Shown piece by piece: positions 11,444 through 26,687 of a stretch of DNA of 64,000 bases. Position 1 is the first letter of the stretch. Every line of letters begins with the position of its first letter. Made by a program: the position numbers and the translations under genes. Source of the DNA: the human T2T-CHM13v2.0 reference genome, Homo sapiens. Where the stretch lies: the NCBI GenBank assembly GCA_009914755.4, contig CP086569.2:12416001-12480000 (forward strand), written 5' to 3'. The notes under the pieces are model-generated. The model worked only from the letters and a program-made list of their open reading frames with translations, was not told the origin of the DNA and searched no databases.

Positions 11444-14400
11444 AATGGAAAGGAATGGAATGAACTCGAATGGAATGTACTCAAATGGAATAGAATAGAA
11501 TGGAATGGAAGTAAATATAATGGACTCGAATGGAATGGATTGGAATAAATTGGAATTGAATGTATTGGATTCGATTGGAAAGGAATGGAATGGAATGGAA
11601 TGGATTCGAATGGAATGGAATCGAATGGAATGGAACGAATTGGAATGTAATTGAATGGCGTCGAAAACAGTAGAAAGAAATGAAGTTTAATCGAATGATA
11701 TCGAATGGAATTGAATGGAATGTACGCGAATGGAATGGACTGGAATGGAATGGACTCTATGGGAATGAAGAGGAGTGGAGTGGACTCGAATGTCATGGAG
11801 ACGATTGGAATGGAAAGGAATGCAAAGGAATGGAATGGAATGGAATCTGATGCATCGCAATGGAATGGAATGGGGTCGAATGGAATAGAATCGAAAGGAA
11901 TGGCATCCAATGGAATGGAAACGAATTGAATGGAATGGCATGGAATGGAATGGAAAGGAATATAATGGAAAGGAATCGGATGGAACGGAATGGAATGTAA
12001 TGGAGTCGAATGGAATAGAATCTAATAGAATTGCATTGATAGGAATGGAATCGAACGGACTCGAAAGGATTGGAGCCTAACAGAAGAGAATCGAACAGAA
12101 TAGCATCAAATGGAATGGAAATGAATGGAATGGAATGGAATGGAATGGAATGGAATGGAATGGAATGGAATGGACACACATGTAATGGACTTGAATGGAA
12201 TGGAATCAAATAGAATGGACGCGAATGGAATGGTCTCGAATGGAATTTATGAAAATAGAATGGAATCGAAATTCATTGAACATTATGGAATGGAATCAAA
12301 TGGAATGAAATCGAATGGAAGGAACCGGAATGGAATGTACTGGAATAGAACGGACTCGAATGTTACGGAAAGAAAAGTAAGTGATTCGGATGTCTTTTAA
12401 TTGAATGGAATGAAATCAAATGGAATGGAAAGGAATAAAATGGAATGGAATGAAATAGAATGCAATAGAATGGAAGGGAGTGGAGTCGAGTTGAATGGAA
12501 TCGAATTGAATGGAATAGAATGGAATAGAATCAAATGGAATGGATTCGAATGCAATGGAACCGAATGGAATGGACTGGAACATAATGGAATCGAAAGGAA
12601 TGGAAAGGAATTGAATGCAATGGAAAGCAATGGAATCGAATGTAATGGAGTCGTATGTAGTGGAGTCGAATGGAATGGAATCAAATGGAAGGAAAAGAAT
12701 ACAATCGAATGGAATAGAATAGAATACAACAGAATGAAACGGAGTGGAATCGAGTGGGATGGAATAGAATTCAATGGAATGGAAAGGAATGGAATCGAAT
12801 GGAATGGAATCGAATGGAATGGAACCGAACAAAATGGAATTGAACAGATTAGAATCGAATGGATCCGAATCGAATGGAATGGAATATAAGGGAATGGAAT
12901 GGAATGGAATGGACCCAAATGTAATGAACTCTAATGAAATGGACTTTAATAGAATGGATTAGAAAACAATGGGCTCGAATGGAATTTAATCAAGTCGAAT
13001 TTAATGGAATGGAATGGAATGCAAAACTATGGAATAGCATCAAATGGAATGGAACAGAATAGAGTGGAATGGAATGGAATACACAGGTATAGAACAGACT
13101 CGAATGTAATGGATTGCAATGTAAGTGATTCAAAGGGAATGGAATCAAATGGAATATAATCAAATGGAATGGAATGGAGTGCATTGGAATGGAATAAAAT
13201 GGAATGCAAACAATGGTACAGAACTCATTTGAATGTAGAGGAATGGAATCGAATGCAATGGAAAAGAATGGAATGGACACGAATGGAATGGATTGGAAAC
13301 AAATGGAATGGAAAGGATTTTAATCATACAGAACAAAATAGAATGCAATGGACTCGAATGAAATGGAGTCGAAGAGAATAGTATCAAATGGAAAGGAATG
13401 GAATGCAATCGAATCGAATGGAATGTTAATGAAATTAATTGAAAGGAATAGAATGGAATGAAGTGTAACGGAAAGATATCGAATTGAATGGAATTGAATG
13501 GAATGGACACAAACGGAATGGACTGGAATGGAATGAACTGGAAAGGAATGGAATGGAGCGGAACGGACTCGAGTGCAATGGAATCGAATGGTATAGAATA
13601 GAATGGAATGGAATGGAAAGGAATAGAAGGGAATGGAATCGGATCCAACGGGACAGATTGGAATGGGGTAGAATTGAATAGAATCGAATGGAATGGCATC
13701 GAATGTAATGGAATGGAATGGACTCGAATGGAATGGAGTGACATGTAATGGAATCGAAAGGAATGGAATCGAATGAAATGGAATTGAATGGAATAGAAAG
13801 GAATAGAATGGAATGGAGTTTAATGGAAAGATATTAAAAGTAATGGAATGGAATTGAGTGGACACGAATGGAATGGACTGGAATGGAAAGGACTCGAATG
13901 AAATGGAGCACATTAGAATGGACTCGAATGGAATGGATTGGAGTGGAATGGTCTCGAATGGATTGGAAACGAATGGAATGGAAAGGAGTAGAATGGAATG
14001 TAATCAAATGGAACGAAATGGAATGGAATGGATTCGACTGGAACAGAATTGAATGGAGTGGAATTGATTGGAATGGAATGCAATCGAATGGAATGAACAC
14101 GAATGGAATAGAATGAAATGAAATGGCATAGAATGGAATGGAATGGAATGGAATGGAATGGAATGGAATGGAATGGAATGGAATGGAATGGCATGGCATG
14201 GAACGTGATGGAATGGAATGAAATTGATTGGAATGGGATGGGCCCAAAAGTAAAGGACTCAAATAAAAGGGACTCAAATAGAATGAATTGGAAAGAAACG
14301 GTCTCGAATGTAATTCATTCGAATGGAATGATATTGAATGGAATGCAATAGTATGGAATGGTATCGAATAGAATGGAATAGAATGGAATGGAATGGAACG

Positions 14401-15264
14401 GAATGGAGTGCATTTGAACGGACTCAAATGCAATAAATTGCAATATAATTGATTCAAATGGAATGGAATCGAATAGAATGTAAACAAACGGAATGGAAGG
14501 CAATGCAATGGAAAGGAATCGAATGAAATGGACCCGAGTGGAATGGACTCACATAGAACAGCCTTGAATGTAATGGATGACAATGTATTAGATTCGAAAG
14601 GACTGAAATCGAATGGAATGTAATCAAATAGAACGGAATTGAATGCATGGAATGGCATAGAAAGTAATGCAATGGAATGGAATAGACTGGAATGGAATGG
14701 AATCGGATGGAATGTAATGAAATGTAATGGAAGGAATGCCATGGAATGGAATGGAATGGAATGCAATGGGCCGGTGTATAATGGAGTGCAATGGAATTCA
14801 GTGGAATGTAGTCAATAGGAATGAAATAGAATGGAATTCAATATAAGGGAATGGCATCCAATGGCAAGGAATGGAGTGGACTCCAATGGAAACAACATGA
14901 AAGGAATATAATATAATGGAATGGCATTGAACGAAATGGAAAGCAATGGAGTTAAAAGGTAAGATATCGAATGGAAAAGAATTGAATGGACTCGAATGGA
15001 ATATAACGGAATGGAATGGACTCGAATGGAATGTACTAGAGTTGAATGGAATCGAATGGAATGGAAAACAGTGGAAAGGAAAGGAAGGGAATTGAAAGGA
15101 AAGGAATAGAATGGAATGGAATCGGATAGAATGGAATTGAATGGAATGGAAACTAAAGGAATAGAATAGAAAGGAATGGCATTGAATGGAATGGAATGGA
15201 ATGGAATCAGATGGAACAGAAAGGAATGGAATAGAATCGAATGGTATGGCATCGAATGGATTGG
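11444..15264 (+). repeat. HOR unit U4 (3821 bp)
   Basis: Landmark offset (11687-243). A unit-specific CpG to CpA change occurs at 13911 ('gagcacatt' versus canonical 'gagcgcatt'). Confidence 0.85.
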
Positions 15265-18200
15265 AATGGAAAGGAATGGAATGAACTCGAATGGAATGTA
15301 CTCAAATGGAATAGAATAGAATGGAATGGAAGTAAATATAATGGACTCGAATGGAATGGATTGGAATAAATTGGAATTGAATGTATTGGATTCGATTGGA
15401 AAGGAATGGAATGGAATGGAATGGATTCGAATGGAATGGAATCGAATGGAATGGAACGAATTGGAATGTAATTGAATGGCGTCGAAAACAGTAGAAAGAA
15501 ATGAAGTTTAATCGAATGATATCGAATGGAATTGAATGGAATGTACGCGAATGGAATGGACTGGAATGGAATGGACTCTATGGGAATGAAGAGGAGTGGA
15601 GTGGACTCGAATGTCATGGAGACGATTGGAATGGAAAGGAATGCAAAGGAATGGAATGGAATGGAATCTGATGCATCGCAATGGAATGGAATGGGGTCGA
15701 ATGGAATAGAATCGAAAGGAATGGCATCCAATGGAATGGAAACGAATTGAATGGAATGGCATGGAATGGAATGGAAAGGAATATAATGGAAAGGAATCGG
15801 ATGGAACGGAATGGAATGGAATGGAGTCGAATGGAATAGAATCTAATAGAATTGCATTGATAGGAATGGAATCGAACGGACTCGAAAGGATTGGAGCCTA
15901 ACAGAAGAGAATCGAACAGAATAGCATCAAATGGAATGGAAATGAATGGAATGGAATGGAATGGAATGGAATGGAATGGAATGGAATGGACACACATGTA
16001 ATGGACTTGAATGGAATGGAATCAAATAGAATGGACGCGAATGGAATGGTCTCGAATGGAATTTATGAAAATAGAATGGAATCGAAATTCATTGAACATT
16101 ATGGAATGGAATCAAATGGAATGAAATCGAATGGAAGGAACCGGAATGGAATGTACTGGAATAGAACGGACTCGAATGTTACGGAAAGAAAAGTAATTGA
16201 TTCGGATGTCTTTTAATTGAATGGAATGAAATCAAATGGAATGGAAAGGAATAAAATGGAATGGAATGAAATAGAATGCAATAGAATGGAAGGGAGTGGA
16301 GTCGAGTTGAATGGAATCGAATTGAATGGAATAGAATGGAATAGAATCAAATGGAATGGATTCGAATGCAATGGAACCGAATGGAATGGACTGGAACATA
16401 ATGGAATCGAAAGGAATGGAAAGGAATTGAATGCAATGGAAAGCAATGGAATCGAATGTAATGGAGTCGTATGTAGTGGAGTCGAATGGAATGGAATCAA
16501 ATGGAAGGAAAAGAATACAATCGAATGGAATAGAATAGAATACAACAGAATGAAACGGAGTGGAATCGAGTGGGATGGAATAGAATTCAATGGAATGGAA
16601 AGGAATGGAATCGAATGGAATGGAATCGAATGTAATGGAATCGAATGGAATGGAACCGAACAAAATGGAATTGAACAGATTAGAATCGAATGGATCCGAA
16701 TCGAATGGAATGGAATATAAGGGAATGGAATGGAATGGAATGGACCCAAATGTAATGAACTCTAATGAAATGGACTTTAATAGAATGGATTAGAAAACAA
16801 TGGGCTCGAATGGAATTTAATCAAGTCGAATTTAATGGAATGGAATGGAATGCAAAACTATGGAATAGCATCAAATGGAATGGAACAGAATAGAGTGGAA
16901 TGGAATGGAATACACAGGTATAGAACAGACTCGAATGTAATGGATTGCAATGTAAGTGATTCAAAGGGAATGGAATCAAATGGAATATAATCAAATGGAA
17001 TGGAATGGAGTGCATTGGAATGGAATAAAATGGAATGCAAACAATGGTACAGAACTCATTTGAATGTAGAGGAATGGAATCGAATGCAATGGAAAAGAAT
17101 GGAATGGACACGAATGGAATGGATTGGAAACAAATGGAATGGAAAGGATTTTAATCATACAGAACAAAATAGAATGCAATGGACTCGAATGAAATGGAGT
17201 CGAAGAGAATAGTATCAAATGGAAAGGAATGGAATGCAATCGAATCGAATGGAATGTTAATGAAATTAATTGAAAGGAATAGAATGGAATGAAGTGTAAC
17301 GGAAAGATATCGAATTGAATGGAATTGAATGGAATGGACACAAACGGAATGGACTGGAATGGAATGAACTGGAAAGGAATGGAATGGAGCGGAACGGACT
17401 CGAGTGCAATGGAATCGAATGGTATAGAATAGAATGGAATGGAATGGAAAGGAATAGAAGGGAATGGAATCGGATCCAACGGGACAGATTGGAATGGGGT
17501 AGAATTGAATAGAATCGAATGGAATGGCATCGAATGTAATGGAATGGAATGGACTCGAATGGAATGGAGTGACATGTAATGGAATCGAAAGGAATGGAAT
17601 CGAATGAAATGGAATTGAATGGAATAGAAAGGAATAGAATGGAATGGAGTTTAATGGAAAGATATTAAAAGTAATGGAATGGAATTGAGTGGACACGAAT
17701 GGAATGGACTGGAATGGAAAGGACTCGAATGAAATGGAGCGCATTAGAATGGACTCGAATGGAATGGATTGGAGTGGAATGGTCTCGAATGGATTGGAAA
17801 CGAATGGAATGGAAAGGAGTAGAATGGAATGTAATCAAATGGAACGAAATGGAATGGAATGGATTCGACTGGAACAGAATTGAATGGAGTGGAATTGATT
17901 GGAATGGAATGCAATCGAATGGAATGAACACGAATGGAATAGAATGAAATGAAATGGCATAGAATGGAATGGAATGGAATGGAATGGAATGGAATGGAAT
18001 GGAATGGAATGGCATGGCATGGAACGTGATGGAATGGAATGAAATTGATTGGAATGGGATGGGCCCAAAAGTAAAGGACTCAAATAAAAGGGACTCAAAT
18101 AGAATGAATTGGAAAGAAACGGTCTCGAATGTAATTCATTCGAATGGAATGATATTGAATGGAATGCAATAGTATGGAATGGTATCGAATAGAATGGAAT

Positions 18201-19085
18201 AGAATGGAATGGAATGGAACGGAATGGAGTGCATTTGAACGGACTCAAATGCAATAAATTGCAATATAATTGATTCAAATGGAATGGAATCGAATAGAAT
18301 GTAAACAAACGGAATGGAAGGCAATGCAATGGAAAGGAATCGAATGAAATGGACCCGAGTGGAATGGACTCACATAGAACAGCCTTGAATGTAATGGATG
18401 ACAATGTATTAGATTCGAAAGGACTGAAATCGAATGGAATGTAATCAAATAGAACGGAATTGAATGCATGGAATGGCATAGAAAGTAATGCAATGGAATG
18501 GAATAGACTGGAATGGAATGGAATCGGATGGAATGTAATGAAATGTAATGGAAGGAATGCCATGGAATGGAATGGAATGGAATGCAATGGGCCGGTGTAT
18601 AATGGAGTGCAATGGAATTCAGTGGAATGTAGTCAATAGGAATGAAATAGAATGGAATTCAATATAAGGGAATGGCATCCAATGGCAAGGAATGGAGTGG
18701 ACTCCAATGGAAACAACATGAAAGGAATATAATATAATGGAATGGCATTGAACGAAATGGAAAGCAATGGAGTTAAAAGGTAAGATATCGAATGGAAAAG
18801 AATTGAATGGACTCGAATGGAATATAACGGAATGGAATGGACTCGAATGGAATGTACTAGAGTTGAATGGAATCGAATGGAATGGAAAACAGTGGAAAGG
18901 AAAGGAAGGGAATTGAAAGGAAAGGAATAGAATGGAATGGAATCGGATAGAATGGAATTGAATGGAATGGAAACTAAAGGAATAGAATAGAAAGGAATGG
19001 CATTGAATGGAATGGAATGGAATGGAATCAGATGGAACAGAAAGGAATGGAATAGAATCGAATGGTATGGCATCGAATGGATTGG
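15265..19085 (+). repeat. HOR unit U5 (3821 bp)
   Basis: Landmark offset (15508-243). It carries an extra 15 bp ('gaatgtaatggaatc') near 16625-16645 relative to U1. Confidence 0.85.
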
Positions 19086-22000
19086 AATGGAAAGGAATGG
19101 AATGAACTCGAATGGAATGTACTCAAATGGAATAGAATAGAATGGAATGGAAGTAAATATAATGGACTCGAATGGAATGGATTGGAATAAATTGGAATTG
19201 AATGTATTGGATTCGATTGGAAAGGAATGGAATGGAATGGAATGGATTCGAATGGAATGGAATCGAATGGAATGGAACGAATTGGAATGTAATTGAATGG
19301 CGTCGAAAACAGTAGAAAGAAATGAAGTTTAATCGAATGATATCGAATGGAATTGAATGGAATGTACGCGAATGGAATGGACTGGAATGGAATGGACTCT
19401 ATGGGAATGAAGAGGAGTGGAGTGGACTCGAATGTCATGGAGACGATTGGAATGGAAAGGAATGCAAAGGAATGGAATGGAATGGAATCTGATGCATCGC
19501 AATGGAATGGAATGGGGTCGAATGGAATAGAATCGAAAGGAATGACATCCAATGGAATGGAAACGAATTGAATGGAATGGCATGGAATGGAATGGAAAGG
19601 AATATAATGGAAAGGAATCGGATGGAACGGAATGGAATGTAATGGAGTCGAATGGAATAGAATCTAATAGAATTGCATTGATAGGAATGGAATCGAACGG
19701 ACTCGAAAGGATTGGAGCCTAACAGAAGAGAATCGAACAGAATAGCATCAAATGGAATGGAAATGAATGGAATGGAATGGAATGGAATGGAATGGAATGG
19801 AATGGACACACATGTAATGGACTTGAATGGAATGGAATCAAATAGAATGGACGCGAATGGAATGGTCTCGAATGGAATTTATGAAAATAGAATGGAATCG
19901 AAATTCATTGAACATTATGGAATGGAATCAAATGGAATGAAATCGAATGGAAGGAACCGGAATGGAATGTACTGGAATAGAACGGACTCGAATGTTACGG
20001 AAAGAAAAGTAAGTGATTCGGATGTCTTTTAATTGAATGGAATGAAATCAAATGGAATGGAAAGGAATAAAATGGAATGGAATGAAATAGAATGCAATAG
20101 AATGGAAGGGAGTGGAGTCGAGTTGAATGGAATCGAATTGAATGGAATAGAATGGAATAGAATCAAATGGAATGGATTCGAATGCAATGGAACCGAATGG
20201 AATGGACTGGAACATAATGGAATCGAAAGGAATGGAAAGGAATTGAATGCAATGGAAAGCAATGGAATCGAATGTAATGGAGTCGTATGTAGTGGAGTCG
20301 AATGGAATGGAATCAAATGGAAGGAAAAGAATACAATCGAATGGAATAGAATAGAATGCAACAGAATGAAACGGAGTGGAATCGAGTGGGATGGAATAGA
20401 ATTCAATGGAATGGAAAGGAATGGAATCGAATGGAATGGAATCGAATGGAATGGAACCGAACAAAATGGAATTGAACAGATTAGAATCGAATGGATCCGA
20501 ATCGAATGGAATGGAATATAAGGGAATGGAATGGAATGGAATGGACCCAAATGTAATGAACTCTAATGAAATGGACTTTAATAGAATGGATTAGAAAACA
20601 ATGGGCTCAAATGGAATTTAATCAAGTCGAGTTTAATGGAATGGAATGGAATGCAAAACTATGGAATAGCATCAAATGGAATGGAACAGAATAGAGTGGA
20701 ATGGAATGGAATACACAGGTATAGAACAGACTCGAATGTAATGGATTGCAATGTAAGTGATTCAAAGGGAATGGAATCAAATGGAATATAATCAAATGGA
20801 ATGGAATGGAGTGCATTGGAATGGAATAAAATGGAATGCAAACAATGGTACAGAACTCATTTGAATGTAGAGGAATGGAATCGAATGCAATGGAAAAGAA
20901 TGGAATGGACACGAATGGAATGGATTGGAAACAAATGGAATGGAAAGGATTTTAATCATACAGAACAAAATAGAATGCAATGGACTCGAATGAAATGGAG
21001 TCGAAGAGAATAGTATCAAATGGAAAGGAATGGAATGCAATCGAATCGAATGGAATGTTAATGAAATTAATTGAAAGGAATAGAATGGAATGAAGTGTAA
21101 CGGAAAGATATCGAATTGAATGGAATTGAATGGAATGGACACAAACGGAATGGACTGGAATGGAATGAACTGGAAAGGAATGGAATGGAGCGGAACGGAC
21201 TCGAGTGCAATGGAATCGAATGGTATAGAATAGAATGGAATGGAATGGAAAGGAATAGAAGGGAATGGAATCGGATCCAACGGGACAGATTGGAATGGGG
21301 TAGAATTGAATAGAATCGAATGGAATGGCATCGAATGTAATGGAATGGAATGGACTCGAATGGAATGGAGTGACATGTAATGGAATCGAAAGGAATGGAA
21401 TCGAATGAAATGGAATTGAATGGAATAGAAAGGAATAGAATGGAATGGAGTTTAATGGAAAGATATTAAAAGTAATGGAATGGAATTGAGTGGACACGAA
21501 TGGAATGGACTGGAATGGAAAGGACTCGAATGAAATGGAGTGCATTAGAATGGACTCGAATGGAATGGATTGGAGTGGAATGGTCTCGAATGGATTGGAA
21601 ACGAATGGAATGGAAAGGAGTAGAATGGAATGTAATCAAATGGAACGAAATGGAATGGAATGGATTCGACTGGAACAGAATTGAATGGAGTGGAATTGAT
21701 TGGAATGGAATGCAATCGAATGGAATGAACACGAATGGAATAGAATGAAATGAAATGGCATAGAATGGAATGGAATGGAATGGAATGGAATGGAATGGAA
21801 TGGAATGGAATGGAATGGCATGGCATGGAACGTGATGGAATGGAATGAAATTGATTGGAATGGGATGGGCCCAAAAGTAAAGGACTCAAATAAAAGGGAC
21901 TCAAATAGAATGAATTGGAAAGAAACGGTCTCGAATGTAATTCATTCGAATGGAATGATATTGAATGGAATGCAATAGTATGGAATGGTATCGAATAGAA

Positions 22001-22891
22001 TGGAATAGAATGGAATGGAATGGAACGGAATGGAGTGCATTTGAACGGACTCAAATGCAATAAATTGCAATATAATTGATTCAAATGGAATGGAATCGAA
22101 TAGAATGTAAACAAACGGAATGGAAGGCAATGCAATGGAAAGGAATCGAATGAAATGGACCCGAGTGGAATGGACTCACATAGAACAGCCTTGAATGTAA
22201 TGGATGACAATGTATTAGATTCGAAAGGACTGAAATCGAATGGAATGTAATCAAATAGAACGGAATTGAATGCATGGAATGGCATAGAAAGTAATGCAAT
22301 GGAATGGAATAGACTGGAATGGAATGGAATCGGATGGAATGTAATGAAATGTAATGGAAGGAATGCCATGGAATGGAATGGAATGGAATGCAATGGGCCG
22401 GTGTATAATGGAGTGCAATGGAATTCAGTGGAATGTAGTCAATAGGAATGAAATAGAATGGAATTCAATATAAGGGAATGGCATCCAATGGCAAGGAATG
22501 GAGTGGACTCCAATGGAAACAACATGAAAGGAATATAATATAATGGAATGGCATTGAACGAAATGGAAAGCAATGGAGTTAAAAGGTAAGATATCGAATG
22601 GAAAAGAATTGAATGGACTCGAATGGAATATAACGGAATGGAATGGACTCGAATGGAATGTACTAGAGTTGAATGGAATCGAATGGAATGGAAAACAGTG
22701 GAAAGGAAAGGAAGGGAATTGAAAGGAAAGGAATAGAATGGAATGGAATCGGATAGAATGGAATTGAATGGAATGGAAACTAAAGGAATAGAATAGAAAG
22801 GAATGGCATTGAATGGAATGGAATGGAATGGAATCAGATGGAACAGAAAGGAATGGAATAGAATCGAATGGTATGGCATCGAATGGATTGG
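19086..22891 (+). repeat. HOR unit U6 (3806 bp)
   Basis: Landmark offset (19329-243). It shares the 'gagtgcatt' (21541) and 'MHSISFES' variants with the adjacent U7. Confidence 0.85.
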
Positions 22892-25800
22892 AATGGAAAG
22901 GAATGGAATGAACTCGAATGGAATGTACTCAAATGGAATAGAATAGAATGGAATGGAAGTAAATATAATGGACTCGAATGGAATGGATTGGAATAAATTG
23001 GAATTGAATGTATTGGATTCGATTGGAAAGGAATGGAATGGAATGGAATGGATTCGAATGGAATGGAATCGAATGGAATGGAACGAATTGGAATGTAATT
23101 GAATGGCGTCGAAAACAGTAGAAAGAAATGAAGTTTAATCGAATGATATCGAATGGAATTGAATGGAATGTACGCGAATGGAATGGACTGGAATGGAATG
23201 GACTCTATGGGAATGAAGAGGAGTGGAGTGGACTCGAATGTCATGGAGACGATTGGAATGGAAAGGAATGCAAAGGAATGGAATGGAATGGAATCTGATG
23301 CATCGCAATGGAATGGAATGGGGTCGAATGGAATAGAATCGAAAGGAATGGCATCCAATGGAATGGAAACGAATTGAATGGAATGGCATGGAATGGAATG
23401 GAAAGGAATATAATGGAAAGGAATCGGATGGAACGGAATGGAATGTAATGGAGTCGAATGGAATAGAATCTAATAGAATTGCATTGATAGGAATGGAATC
23501 GAACGGACTCGAAAGGATTGGAGCCTAACAGAAGAGAATCGAACAGAATAGCATCAAATGGAATGGAAATGAATGGAATGGAATGGAATGGAATGGAATG
23601 GAATGGAATGGACACACATGTAATGGACTTGAATGGAATGGAATCAAATAGAATGGACGCGAATGGAATGGTCTCGAATGGAATTTATGAAAATAGAATG
23701 GAATCGAAATTCATTGAACATTATGGAATGGAATCAAATGGAATGAAATCGAATGGAAGGAACCGGAATGGAATGTACTGGAATAGAACGGACTCGAATG
23801 TTACGGAAAGAAAAGTAAGTGATTCGGATGTCTTTTAATTGAATGGAATGAAATCAAATGGAATGGAAAGGAATAAAATGGAATGGAATGAAATAGAATG
23901 CAATAGAATGGAAGGGAGTGGAGTCGAGTTGAATGGAATCGAATTGAATGGAATAGAATGGAATAGAATCAAATGGAATGGATTCGAATGCAATGGAACC
24001 GAATGGAATGGACTGGAACATAATGGAATCGAAAGGAATGGAAAGGAATTGAATGCAATGGAAAGCAATGGAATCGAATGTAATGGAGTCGTATGTAGTG
24101 GAGTCGAATGGAATGGAATCAAATGGAAGGAAAAGAATACAATCGAATGGAATAGAATACAACAGAATGAAACGGAGTGGAATCGAGTGGGATGGAATAG
24201 AATTCAATGGAATGGAAAGGAATGGAATCGAATGGAATGGAATCGAATGGAATGGAACCGAACAAAATGGAATTGAACAGATTAGAATCGAATGGATCCG
24301 AATCGAATGGAATGGAATATAAGGGAATGGAATGGAATGGAATGGACCCAAATGTAATGAACTCTAATGAAATGGACTTTAATAGAATGGATTAGAAAAC
24401 AATGGGCTCGAATGGAATTTAATCAAGTCGAATTTAATGGAATGGAATGGAATGCAAAACTATGGAATAGCATCAAATGGAATGGAACAGAATAGAGTGG
24501 AATGGAATGGAATACACAGGTATAGAACAGACTCGAATGTAATGGATTGCAATGTAAGTGATTCAAAGGGAATGGAATCAAATGGAATATAATCAAATGG
24601 AATGGAATGGAGTGCATTGGAATGGAATAAAATGGAATGCAAACAATGGTACAGAACTCATTTGAATCTAGAGGAATGGAATCGAATGCAATGGAAAAGA
24701 ATGGAATGGACACGAATGGAATGGATTGGAAACAAATGGAATGGAAAGGATTTTAATCATACAGAACAAAATAGAATGCAATGGACTCGAATGAAATGGA
24801 GTCGAAGAGAATAGTATCAAATGGAAAGGAATGGAATGCAATCGAATCGAATGGAATGTTAATGAAATTAATTGAAAGGAATAGAATGGAATGAAGTGTA
24901 ACGGAAAGATATCGAATTGAATGGAATTGAATGGAATGGACACAAACGGAATGGACTGGAATGGAATGAACTCGAAAGGAATGGAATGGAGCGGAACGGA
25001 CTCGAGTGCAATGGAATCGAATGGTATAGAATAGAATGGAATGGAATGGAAAGGAATAGAAGGGAATGGAATCGGATCCAACGGGACAGATTGGAATGGG
25101 GTAGAATTGAATAGAATCGAATGGAATGGCATCGAATGTAATGGAATGGAATGGACTCGAATGGAATGGAGTGACATGTAATGGAATCGAAAGGAATGGA
25201 ATCGAATGAAATGGAATTGAATGGAATAGAAAGGAATAGAATGGAATGGAGTTTAATGGAAAGATATTAAAAGTAATGGAATGGAATTGAGTGGACACGA
25301 ATGGAATGGACTGGAATGGAAAGGACTCGAATGAAATGGAGTGCATTAGAATGGACTCGAATGGAATGGATTGGAGTGGAATGGTCTCGAATGGATTGGA
25401 AACGAATGGAATGGAAAGGAGTAGAATGGAATGTAATCAAATGGAACGAAATGGAATGGAATGGATTCGACTGGAACAGAATTGAATGGAGTGGAATTGA
25501 TTGGAATGGAATGCAATCGAATGGAATGAACACGAATGGAATAGAATGAAATGAAATGGCATAGAATGGAATGGAATGGAATGGAATGGAATGGAATGGA
25601 ATGGAATGGAATGGCATGGCATGGAACGTGATGGAATGGAATGAAATTGATTGGAATGGGATGGGCCCAAAAGTAAAGGACTCAAATAAAAGGGACTCAA
25701 ATAGAATGAATTGGAAAGAAACGGTCTCGAATGTAATTCATTCGAATGGAATGATATTGAATGGAATGCAATAGTATGGAATGGTATCGAATAGAATGGA

Positions 25801-26687
25801 ATAGAATGGAATGGAATGGAACGGAATGGAGTGCATTTGAACGGACTCAAATGCAATAAATTGCAATATAATTGATTCAAATGGAATGGAATCGAATAGA
25901 ATGTAAACAAACGGAATGGAAGGCAATGCAATGGAAAGGAATCGAATGAAATGGACCCGAGTGGAATGGACTCACATAGAACAGCCTTGAATGTAATGGA
26001 TGACAATGTATTAGATTCGAAAGGACTGAAATCGAATGGAATGTAATCAAATAGAACGGAATTGAATGCATGGAATGGCATAGAAAGTAATGCAATGGAA
26101 TGGAATAGACTGGAATGGAATGGAATCGGATGGAATGTAATGAAATGTAATGGAAGGAATGCCATGGAATGGAATGGAATGGAATGCAATGGGCCGGTGT
26201 ATAATGGAGTGCAATGGAATTCAGTGGAATGTAGTCAATAGGAATGAAATAGAATGGAATTCAATATAAGGGAATGGCATCCAATGGCAAGGAATGGAGT
26301 GGACTCCAATGGAAACAACATGAAAGGAATATAATATAATGGAATGGCATTGAACGAAATGGAAAGCAATGGAGTTAAAAGGTAAGATATCGAATGGAAA
26401 AGAATTGAATGGACTCGAATGGAATATAACGGAATGGAATGGACTCGAATGGAATGTACTAGAGTTGAATGGAATCGAATGGAATGGAAAACAGTGGAAA
26501 GGAAAGGAAGGGAATTGAAAGGAAAGGAATAGAATGGAATGGAATCGGATAGAATGGAATTGAATGGAATGGAAACTAAAGGAATAGAATAGAAAGGAAT
26601 GGCATTGAATGGAATGGAATGGAATGGAATCAGATGGAACAGAAAGGAATGGAATAGAATCGAATGGTATGGCATCGAATGGATTGG
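22892..26687 (+). repeat. HOR unit U7 (3796 bp). It lacks one 'aatag' pentamer near 24150.
   Basis: Landmark offset (23135-243). The sequence 'aatggaatagaatacaacag' at 24141-24170 is 'aatggaatagaatagaatacaacag' in other units. Confidence 0.85.
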